Shown here piece after piece: positions 18,861 to 26,711 of a DNA stretch of 64,000 bases. Source of the DNA: Myxococcota bacterium. Lineage in GTDB: Bacteria; Myxococcota_A; UBA9160; SZUA-336. How positions within the stretch are numbered: the first letter of the stretch is position 1; the number at the start of each line of letters is the position of its first letter. A program made the translations under genes and the position numbers. The DNA lies in contig CBDFGR010000003.1 in assembly GCA_965247115.1 (NCBI GenBank), positions 832,001-896,000 of the forward strand, read 5' to 3'. A model generated the notes under the pieces. It was not told where the DNA came from. It was given only the letters and a program-made list of their open reading frames with translations, and ran no database searches.

Positions 18861-20882
18861 TCAGGGGAGACCCAGCGCCACCCACTCAGCCGAGTGTTCC
18901 TCGCTCCCGATGGCAACGACGATGTACTGCTTGCCGTCCCACAGGTAGCTCATCGGCGCTCCCGTGGTCCCCGCTGCCAGCGCGGTCTCCCAGAGAATCT
19001 TGCCCGAGGCCTTGTCGTAGGCGCGAAACTTGTTTCCCCCACCGCCTTTAGGCGTCCCGAAGATAATCGGATCCCCCTCGCCGATGAAGAGCAGCGTCTT
19101 CGTGAGAAGAGGAGCCGCCCGGCCTTGCTGCCCCAGGGGCGGAAGATTCAGGTGTTGCAACCGCGGGTGATTGCGCGGCCCTTCTCCGTTGGGGGCCATC
19201 CACACGTGCTCGCCCGTATTCACATCGATCGCCGTAATTCGCCCATAGGGCGGCTTGAACAGCGGCAGGCCTTCAGGGCCGTAGATATCGTACTGATCAC
19301 AGCACTCGGTCGCGGCGAGCGGCGGCCCCTCTGGCCCGTGGGTGTACGGCGACGATGCCTCGACCAACGCCGGGGGCCTGACGAGATCGTTCACATACGG
19401 GTTCGTGTGCGAGGCAACATAGAAGATCCCCGTCTCGGGATCGAACGCCCCACCGTTCCAGTTCCCGGCACCAAACGCCCCCGGAACGCTGACCGTACCC
19501 TGGGTATGCCCCGGAGCCGCCACCGACGGCGGCGTGAATAGCGGCCCGAGCACATAGGGCTTGACGATCTCGAGCGCCTCGGCACGCAGCTCCGGCGTGA
19601 AGTCGATCAGATCGTCGACGCTCGCCCCCTGCCGGTCGAACGGAGCCGGCTTGGTCGGGAAAGGCTGTGTCGGCCACGCAATCTCGCCCGGCGTCGTCGA
19701 CGCCGGCACCGGCCGCTCTTCAATCGGCCACACCGGCTCACCCGTCACGCGGTCGAACACGAACAGAAAGCCGTGCTTGGTGGTCTGCATCACCGCCTTG
19801 ATCTGCTTCCCATCGACGGTGATGTCGCCGAGCACCGGCGCCGCCGGCAGGTCGTAGTCCCACAGATCATGGTGCACGAGCTGGTAGTGCCACACACGCT
19901 CGCCGGTCTTGGCGTCGATGCACACGAGGCTATTGCCGAAGAGATTCTGCCCCGGCCGGTCGCCACCGTAGAAGGCGTGCATGGGGGACGACATTGGCAG
20001 ATAGATGTAGCCCAGCTCCTCATCGACGGTGAGGGGCGGCCAGGCGCCTATAGCCGCGCCGATCTTCCATGAGTCGTCTTCCCATGTCTCGCTCCCGAAT
20101 TCCCCTGGCCGCGGCACTACATGGAAGGTCCAGCGCAGACGGCCGGTTCGCACGTCATAGCCCCGGACATCCTCCACATCCCCCTCTTGGTACACTGAAA
20201 AATCGTCGCCGCCGCCACCACCAACGATGACCACGTCGCCCACCACGATGGGGCCAGACGTCCCGCCGGAGCGAAAAAACGGACTATTAGGCCCCTCGCT
20301 CTCCCTCGTCAGATCCACCTTCCCGTCGTCGCCAAAGTCTCGAACCAAGCTCCCTGTCTCTGTGCTCACCGACACGAGATAGTCGCCTCGCACCGAAAAG
20401 ATCCGCTGGCTCGAATCGCCGCGCCAGTGAGCAACCCCGCGCGCGCCTCGCCCCGCCACGCCCTGGAATCCCTCGTGGATCGCCTCTTGAACCCAGAGCG
20501 TCTCACCGGTCCCGGGATCGAACGCCTCTACCAACCCGACGCTGTTCGATGCGTAGAGCACCCCGCCAATCATGAGCGGCGTCGACTGGAGATAGTTGTG
20601 TGGGTTCAGGTCAGGGAACGCCTCGGTGATCTGAGGATCGACCCCTGGCCGGCGCCAGAGAACGCGAAGATCGCCGACGTTGTCATGATCGATCTGCTCC
20701 AGCTGGATGTACTTCGTGTTCGCCTTGTCGCTTGCGTAGCTGCTCCATTCCCCATGTATCGCCGACAGCTGGGCATGGGCCACGTCCGCCTGTGCGACGA
20801 GGAGGCCCACGCAGAGCCCCCCAAGCAGGAGTCGTCGAATCCGTTTCTCAGCAGGGTTTGCTCCGATCACGTCAGCGTCCAT
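18861..20882 (-). CDS. PQQ-dependent dehydrogenase (quinoprotein glucose DH-like beta-propeller)
   Basis: STPLMIGGVLY, RGYDVRTG, WHYQLVHHDLWDYD, DRVTGEPVWPIEERPVP, KPPYGRITAID, APMSYLWDGKQY. GGAGGAG RBS before ATG 20882; the ORF-track start at 20963 lies inside the terminal repeat. Confidence 0.93.
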   Translation of the reverse strand: MDADVIGANPAEKRIRRLLLGGLCVGLLVAQADVAHAQLSAIHGEWSSYASDKANTKYIQLEQIDHDNVGDLRVLWRRPGVDPQITEAFPDLNPHNYLQSTPLMIGGVLYASNSVGLVEAFDPGTGETLWVQEAIHEGFQGVAGRGARGVAHWRGDSSQRIFSVRGDYLVSVSTETGSLVRDFGDDGKVDLTRESEGPNSPFFRSGGTSGPIVVGDVVIVGGGGGDDFSVYQEGDVEDVRGYDVRTGRLRWTFHVVPRPGEFGSETWEDDSWKIGAAIGAWPPLTVDEELGYIYLPMSSPMHAFYGGDRPGQNLFGNSLVCIDAKTGERVWHYQLVHHDLWDYDLPAAPVLGDITVDGKQIKAVMQTTKHGFLFVFDRVTGEPVWPIEERPVPASTTPGEIAWPTQPFPTKPAPFDRQGASVDDLIDFTPELRAEALEIVKPYVLGPLFTPPSVAAPGHTQGTVSVPGAFGAGNWNGGAFDPETGIFYVASHTNPYVNDLVRPPALVEASSPYTHGPEGPPLAATECCDQYDIYGPEGLPLFKPPYGRITAIDVNTGEHVWMAPNGEGPRNHPRLQHLNLPPLGQQGRAAPLLTKTLLFIGEGDPIIFGTPKGGGGNKFRAYDKASGKILWETALAAGTTGAPMSYLWDGKQYIVVAIGSEEHSAEWVALGLP

Positions 20883-20927
20883 ATCGCTCTCCTCCCGGGT
20901 ATTTCTGGTCTGCTCGTCAGGACAACA

Positions 20928-20963
20928 GATAGGAGTGTATGAGGGTTTCTCGGGTTCTGACAA
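20928..20963 (-). repeat. Right terminal inverted repeat candidate
   Basis: Minus strand reads TTGTCAGAACCCGAGAAACCCTCATACACTCCTATC, which aligns with 6103-6146. Confidence 0.8.
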
Positions 20964-20990
20964 GCATCGTAAATCGGACGGGCGTCTACC

Positions 20991-21326
20991 CTACGCGTCG
21001 ATCGGCTCGAAGAACCGGAAGCTGGGTTCGCCCTCTAGCATCTCCTCGAACTCTGCGAGCTCTCCGGTATCCTCCCCGCTTCCGAGGCGTGGTCGCTCGC
21101 CTTCGAGTAGCACCCCACTCGCGGCCAGGTACTTCTCGTAGTGCGCCTTGGAGTCCCAGAGCTCGACGATGACGAGGGTCTGGCCATCCTCATTGAGGTA
21201 GGGCGTCAGCGACTGACAGCCATCGAAAGTGAGCGTCTCAGGCAGGCTCTTGGCGAGATACTCCGTCATCTGACCGAGAGCATCGCGCTTCAGCTTCGCC
21301 TCTAGCATCATCAAAGTAGCAGGCAT
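20991..21326 (-). CDS. Antibiotic biosynthesis monooxygenase (ABM) family protein
   Basis: LPETLTFDGC, VELWDSKAHYEKYLA, LEGEPSFRFF; GAGGAAGG RBS before ATG 21326. Confidence 0.8.
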   Translation of the reverse strand: MPATLMMLEAKLKRDALGQMTEYLAKSLPETLTFDGCQSLTPYLNEDGQTLVIVELWDSKAHYEKYLAASGVLLEGERPRLGSGEDTGELAEFEEMLEGEPSFRFFEPIDA

Positions 21327-21527
21327 CCTTCCTCTCCTCTCGAGACGCTGGGCCCGACTCGATTCTGAACGCTGCGGCTCAAAGTCGTCAACTCTCCCTG
21401 CCATATGCCCGGGTCCGAGACGGGTAGGCGGGGGCGCTTCGGGGCCGGAGCGTACCTTCGATCCCGTCCCGCGACGTCGAGCGCGACCAGCTGGTAGGCT
21501 GACTGCTGTCGGAGAAGGAGCGCAACG

Positions 21528-23072
21528 ATGACGACGGCGGAGTCCGAGGATCGACCGATCGCCGAGACGCCACTCGGGCGAATCCGGGGGCACGAGCGCG
21601 ATGGCTGTTGCGAATTCCGGGGTATCCGCTTCGCCAGGGCGCCCGTGGGAGATCTGCGCTTCCGGCCCCCGGTGCCAGTCGACCCATGGTCCGACGTCTA
21701 CGACGCGACCCGGTTTGGTCCCTCGGCTCCTCAGCCGCTCATGTTCCAGCCGGACGACCCCTTGCCGCTGCCCGTCGAGCCCACGGATGAGGACTGCCTG
21801 TTCCTCAACGTGTATACACCCGCGGTGGATGGAGCGCAGCGCCCTGTTCTGTTCTGGATCCATGGCGGGGGCTACGTGGTGGGTTCCGGGCGCGTGTACG
21901 ACGGGAGGGTCTTCGCGCGCGAGCACGACGTGGTTGTAGTCACCGTCAACTACCGGATGGGGCCTCTCGGCTTCATGCATGTGGGGCACCTCGATCCCGA
22001 GCTCAGCGAGTCGGTGAATACCGGCATCCTGGACCAGATCTGCGCGCTCGAGTGGACCCGCGACAACATCGGCGCTTTCGGCGGCGACCCGCACAACGTG
22101 CTGATCTTCGGGGAGTCGGCCGGGGGGACGTCCACCGCCATGCTCCTGGGCTGCCCGAGCGCCGAGGGGCTCTTCCACAAGGCCGTCGTTCACAGCCCGC
22201 ACGTCGACCTGATCCCCGTAGGACGCGGGCACGTCGACTTTACAAACGACCTGATTCGCCGGCTCGGCGGGGACCCGGCCCGTGACGGCCTTGACACTTT
22301 GCGCCGGGCGAGCGTCGAGGAACTGATCGCGCTGTTCGCCCTGGAGGAACCGAGCGCCGTCCCGGAGCCCAACTTGGCGGTTCGGCGCCAGGACAACGTG
22401 ACCTACTCACCGGCGATCGATGGGAACCTGATCCCGGCGGCCGTTGCGGACACCGTCCGGGAGCGAGGGGAGCGCAACGTCCCGTTCTTGGGGGGCGGCT
22501 GCCGCCACGAGGGCACGCTGTTCCCGCAGATCCTGGGCACGAGCGACTTCAGCGCCGGCGAGGCGGGCGCACTCTTCGAGCGCGAGGGTGTCAACGGAGC
22601 GCGCGCGTTGGAGGTCTACGAGAAGTTTGCGCCGGGCTCGACGCCGCGCGAGAAGCTGGTCTACGCGCTGACGGACACGATGTTCCGCAACTCCATGGTG
22701 CGTATCCTGGACGCTGCCGCCGAATCCGGCGGTCGCTGCTGGTCGTGGCTTTGCACCTGGGAGACCGACCACGCGGGTGGTGAGCTCCGCGCATCGCACG
22801 CCATGGAGCTTCCGTTCCTGTGGGACTGGGCGAACAACCCGGATGCGGGTCCGCTCAGCGCGTACGCTGGGTCCAACGCGCCGAAAGAGCTGGGGCGAGC
22901 GATGCGCGAGTACTGGGTCCGGTTCGCCCGCACGGGAACGCCGTCGGCGGCCGGCGAGCCCGAGTGGCCCCAGTATTCGGTACCGGAGCGGCCAGTCCTG
23001 ATCCTCGACGCCGAGCGCCGCGTCGAGCAGAGCTTCGACGACGAGGTCCGCGAGCTCTGGTTCACGACCTAG
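21528..23072 (+). CDS. Carboxylesterase type B (PnbA-like)
   Basis: FRGIRFA, GDLRFRPP, EDCLFLNVYTP, WIHGGG, NYRMG, FGGDPHNVLIFGESAGG, HEG, ASHAMELPF. Confidence 0.96.
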   Translation: MTTAESEDRPIAETPLGRIRGHERDGCCEFRGIRFARAPVGDLRFRPPVPVDPWSDVYDATRFGPSAPQPLMFQPDDPLPLPVEPTDEDCLFLNVYTPAVDGAQRPVLFWIHGGGYVVGSGRVYDGRVFAREHDVVVVTVNYRMGPLGFMHVGHLDPELSESVNTGILDQICALEWTRDNIGAFGGDPHNVLIFGESAGGTSTAMLLGCPSAEGLFHKAVVHSPHVDLIPVGRGHVDFTNDLIRRLGGDPARDGLDTLRRASVEELIALFALEEPSAVPEPNLAVRRQDNVTYSPAIDGNLIPAAVADTVRERGERNVPFLGGGCRHEGTLFPQILGTSDFSAGEAGALFEREGVNGARALEVYEKFAPGSTPREKLVYALTDTMFRNSMVRILDAAAESGGRCWSWLCTWETDHAGGELRASHAMELPFLWDWANNPDAGPLSAYAGSNAPKELGRAMREYWVRFARTGTPSAAGEPEWPQYSVPERPVLILDAERRVEQSFDDEVRELWFTT

Positions 23073-23090
23073 GCCAGGAAACGTGCGGCG

Positions 23091-23429
23091 TCAGAGGCGA
23101 TGTTTCGCCCACTCGAGCCCGCGTCGCAGGAGCTCGTAGAAAACCGGGTTGTCCCACGAACCGCGCACCACTTCCGTCTCGTCCCGAACCGGCTGCATGT
23201 CGTACTTCCCGCAGCAGTGCCCGAGGGTGAGATAGAAGACCTCGCCCGCTCCTACGCGGTGCGTGTAGCCGACGAGACGCGCCTGGTCGTCGGGCCAGTC
23301 GTTCTCGATATAACCCCCGTCGAATTTTCCGGTAAAGCGAGTCTCCAAGAGTGGCGTGATGTCGCCCAGGTATTCGCACAAGTAGAGCTCGTCAGTTGCC
23401 TCGAACGGCTCGATGCCCCGCACGAGCGG
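23091..23429 (-). pseudogene. C-terminal half of a ThuA-like domain protein
   Basis: PLVRGIEPFEATDELY...GAGEVFYLTLGHC...LRRGLEWA. The N-terminal half is missing and there is no RBS. Confidence 0.7.
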
Positions 23430-23442
23430 GCCAGAGCCTACT

Positions 23443-23562
23443 TCAGGCGCCGCGCCGGCTCGAAACCAAACGGGAAATCGATTTACCTCCCCATATGATG
23501 GTGGTAGCGCTCATGGGTCCGCCTCCCGTGACCACCGCCAGCTTTCCAGGAAAGTCCTCCAT
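23443..23562 (-). pseudogene. N-terminal stub of an SDR
   Basis: GGAGG RBS right after the LLM gene; MEDFPGKLAVVTGGG, then unrelated sequence and a stop after 39 codons. Confidence 0.7.
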
Positions 23563-23573
23563 CGGTGCCTCCC

Positions 23574-24785
23574 TCAGTCCTTGTGGTAGAAGGCCTCGCG
23601 CTCGCGGGAGGCCTTGACGATCGGGATCTCGTCGTCTGACAGGGCGGGCATCAAGCGCTTGCGGCCGAGCGCCTTCTCAATGTACGGGGCAAGCTCCTCT
23701 GCCTTGCGCGCCTCGCGCTCCTCGCGCCTCTCGACGAACTCCGGGAGGACCTCCTTTCCGAACAGATCGAGACTCTCGCAGATGTCCTCGTGGCGGTTTT
23801 TCCCTGCCTGCTGGAGGAAGATGATCTGGTCCACGCCAACCTCGTCGAAGCTCTTGACCAGTTCGGTGTACTCGGCTGGCGTTCCGATGCCTGGAGACGC
23901 AATCGTGGGGAGGTCGCGGTCGCGCAGCTCCAGGTACTCATCCCAGAGCGAGCTGCGGCCGGGCCTGGTGTCGTTCGCCACCAGCGCGTTGATCGCGTAC
24001 CGGAAGAAGGCGAAGCCGTCCATCCCCCTCCGCCGCGCCTCCTCCGCGTTCGGGTGCAGCGTGAACCCTGCCACGATCGCGATGTTCGCGTTGACGCTGT
24101 GGCCAAGCGGCACACACTCGTCGGACTTGATGATCGAGTAGTACGTGTCCGCCCACGTGCGCGCCTCTTTCTCATCGACGAACGTGAACGCCAGCGCACC
24201 GAGGCCGTTCCTGGCCGCGGTCTCGATGGTCCGGCGGTTCGTGCACGCCAGCCACATGGGCGGGTGCGGCTTCTGGTATGGCTTCGGCAGCACGTTCCGG
24301 CAGGGCATCGAGAAGCCCTCGCCCTCGAAGCCAGGGTACGGCTCCATCACCATCATGTTCGCGATCTGCTCGGCGGCCTCGAGCGAGAGTGCCTGCTTGC
24401 GCCTGGCCGGAATACCGTAGCCGTGGAGCTCGAGCCGGGTCGCGCCCTCGCCGATGCCGAATTCGACGCGACCGTTCGAGACCAGGTCCAGCATCGACAC
24501 CGCCTCGGCCGTCCGCGAGGGGTGGTTGTAGTTCGGGATGACCTGGCGGATGCCGAAGCCGACGCGGATCCGCTCGGTCTTCGCCGCGAGCGCGGTGAGG
24601 AACACTTCGGACGCGGAGCAGTGCGAGTACTCGTCGAGGAAGTGGTGCTCTACGGACCAGGCGTAGTCGACTCCGATCCGGTCGGCCAGCTGAACCTGCT
24701 CAATGGAATCCTGGATCAGCCGGTGCTCGGACCCCTCATCCCAGGGCTTGGGTACCTGCAGCTCGTAGAACACCCCGAATCGCAT
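23574..24785 (-). CDS. Luciferase-like (LLM class) flavin-dependent oxidoreductase
   Basis: MRFGVFYELQ, WSVEHHF, LDLVSNGRVEFGIG, PKPYQKPHPPMW. Confidence 0.95.
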   Translation of the reverse strand: MRFGVFYELQVPKPWDEGSEHRLIQDSIEQVQLADRIGVDYAWSVEHHFLDEYSHCSASEVFLTALAAKTERIRVGFGIRQVIPNYNHPSRTAEAVSMLDLVSNGRVEFGIGEGATRLELHGYGIPARRKQALSLEAAEQIANMMVMEPYPGFEGEGFSMPCRNVLPKPYQKPHPPMWLACTNRRTIETAARNGLGALAFTFVDEKEARTWADTYYSIIKSDECVPLGHSVNANIAIVAGFTLHPNAEEARRRGMDGFAFFRYAINALVANDTRPGRSSLWDEYLELRDRDLPTIASPGIGTPAEYTELVKSFDEVGVDQIIFLQQAGKNRHEDICESLDLFGKEVLPEFVERREEREARKAEELAPYIEKALGRKRLMPALSDDEIPIVKASREREAFYHKD

Positions 24786-24842
24786 CGCATTCTCCCCTCG
24801 AGTTTGTGCAAGGAGCCATCATCGCACACCCGCCGGTCTCAC

Positions 24843-25310
24843 CTAGTCTGCTTTGGCCCGCGGGGCCCATCCCTCCTCGTACGGTGCACGCATGCGACCG
24901 AAGGCCCGCAGGTGCTTGAATTTCCACGTGCCGTCAGCTTTCACGTAGTCATCTTCGTAGCGGGCTCCAAGCCAGTGCTGGCGATTGCCCTTGCGGTAGG
25001 TGAATGGACCGAGGAAGTACCAGATAGCGTGCGCTGTGTCGCCCCTCACCGTGATGCGCGGATTGAAAACGTTGTGCTGCGAGAAACTGATCCGTTCAGC
25101 GAAGCTCTTGAACAGCTTCCGGATTTCCTCATGCCCCTGCGCACGGGCAATCCCTTCTCCTTCCCAAATGCCGGCGTCGGAGAAAATCTTCACGATCCGG
25201 TCTTGATTGTGGTCGTCATCGCAAATGTCGCAGTATTCGGCTTTCAACTGCTTGATCGCCTCGATGTCCTGCAGGACCATCAGCTGTTTTGCGATCTCAC
25301 CGCTGTCCAT
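24843..25310 (-). CDS. SnoaL-like / NTF2-family protein (BaiE/LinA-like fold)
   Basis: DIEAIKQLKAEYC...D, QHNVFNPRI, RYEDDYVK.DGTWKF. Start moved to ATG 25310. Confidence 0.88.
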   Translation of the reverse strand: MDSGEIAKQLMVLQDIEAIKQLKAEYCDICDDDHNQDRIVKIFSDAGIWEGEGIARAQGHEEIRKLFKSFAERISFSQHNVFNPRITVRGDTAHAIWYFLGPFTYRKGNRQHWLGARYEDDYVKADGTWKFKHLRAFGRMRAPYEEGWAPRAKAD

Positions 25311-25533
25311 GTGCGCAGCCTCCTCTTCGTTCCCCAATTGTATGCTACGGATCACTGTGGATGAGGAGCTGGGCTGCATCTATCTGCCCCTGTCGTGCCA
25401 TCGGGGGCGTGGATCACCCCGCTGAGTGGGTGGCTCTGGGTCTTCCCTGATACGTCGAACGGCTTGTGGCGTCGTCGAGCGCGGGACTAGACTTGCGACT
25501 GGCTTCCAGTCAGCAACCAAGGGAGGAACTGGA

Positions 25534-26673
25534 ATGAGCGAGGCGCGCGTTCTCCAGGCTGATCAGATCGTCTACTCGGCAGATTCCCACGTGGTCGAGC
25601 CACGCGATCTGTGGACGAACTACATCGATCCGGGCTTCCGCGATCGCGCCCCTCACATCGAGACCTCCATCACGCGCGAGGACGGCAGCGAGGCGGAGGG
25701 AGAGTTCATGGTGTGCGAGGGCATCAGGCCTCAGCCCATCGCGAGCTTCGCCGCGGCCGACGTCTCCGATCCCCGCGAGCGCAGCAAGGCGAACCAGCGG
25801 GGCTACGCGGAGATCCGCCAGGGAGGCTGGGACCCGACAGCGCGCAGGAGAGACCAGGACGTGGACGGCGTGAGCCTCGAGATCGTCTACCCGAGCATGG
25901 CGATGCCCATGTTCGGGATCTCCGACGTACCCTACCAGCAGGCGGTCTTTCGCGCGTACAACTCGTGGGTGGCCGACTTCCAGGCAGAGCTGCCCGGCCG
26001 ACTCTTTGGCATCGCCATGATCAGCCTGGAAGATATTGCGGCGGGCATCGCGGAGCTCGAGCGCACCCGCGCGCTTGGACTGCGCGGCGCCATGATCTGG
26101 AACGACCCCGGTCAAGGCCGCAACTATGGCGACCTCGAGTTCGATCCCTTCTGGGCAGCGGCTGCCGACCTCGGCATGCCGATCAGCCTCCATATCCTGA
26201 CCGGAAGGGAGGGCACCGGGCTAGGGAGCGGCCCATTCCTGATGGGCTACATGGCCCTCCCCCACGCAGCGCAGCAGTCCCTCACCGCGATGCTGACGCT
26301 CGGCGTCTTCGCCCGGCACCCGGAGCTCAAGGTGGTCTCGGTCGAGAACGACATCGGCTGGATCGGCCACTTCCTCTACAGGCTGAAGCACGCCTTCGAA
26401 CAGTTCCGGTACATGCTCGACTACAACGACCCGCTCTCGCCGCTGGATTACTTCGAGCAGAACTGCTTCGCGACCTTCCAGGACGACCCAGTGGGCGTGA
26501 GCGCAGTCGACTTCACGGGCGCGGATCAACTGATGTGGGCCTCCGACTACCCGCACGGCGACTCGACCTGGCCCAATAGCAGGAAGACGATCGAGCACAC
26601 CTTCAACAGCGTCGGTCCGGAGATCGTCCGCAAGATCACCCACGACAACGTCGCACGCCTCTACGACCTGTAG
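25534..26673 (+). CDS. Amidohydrolase_2 family protein
   Basis: SADSHVVEP, DQDVDGV, AYNSW, PISLH, VENDIGW, MWASDYPHGDSTWP. GGAGG RBS. Confidence 0.93.
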   Translation: MSEARVLQADQIVYSADSHVVEPRDLWTNYIDPGFRDRAPHIETSITREDGSEAEGEFMVCEGIRPQPIASFAAADVSDPRERSKANQRGYAEIRQGGWDPTARRRDQDVDGVSLEIVYPSMAMPMFGISDVPYQQAVFRAYNSWVADFQAELPGRLFGIAMISLEDIAAGIAELERTRALGLRGAMIWNDPGQGRNYGDLEFDPFWAAAADLGMPISLHILTGREGTGLGSGPFLMGYMALPHAAQQSLTAMLTLGVFARHPELKVVSVENDIGWIGHFLYRLKHAFEQFRYMLDYNDPLSPLDYFEQNCFATFQDDPVGVSAVDFTGADQLMWASDYPHGDSTWPNSRKTIEHTFNSVGPEIVRKITHDNVARLYDL

Positions 26674-26711
26674 AGGGCACCCAGAATCCTGCTTCTATTC
26701 ACGGGAGCCGC

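Larger units (their letters stand above)
6103..20963. mobile_element. Candidate non-autonomous, inverted-repeat-bounded cargo element (~14.86 kb)
   Basis: Inverted repeats with TGT...ACA ends and unrelated cargo of mixed composition. No transposase inside and no clean target-site duplication. Confidence 0.4.

Noticed and set aside
6099..20967. Target-site duplication for the repeat-bounded block (GCCAT versus AGCAT)
   Set aside because: Only 3 of 5 positions match, so it is not accepted as evidence.
21457..21467. TTCGATCCCGT, identical to tRNA-Ala 1546-1556, as a possible attR of a 20-kb island
   Set aside because: Only 11 bp, it does not extend to the tRNA 3' end, and it is equally explained as one arm of a local hairpin.
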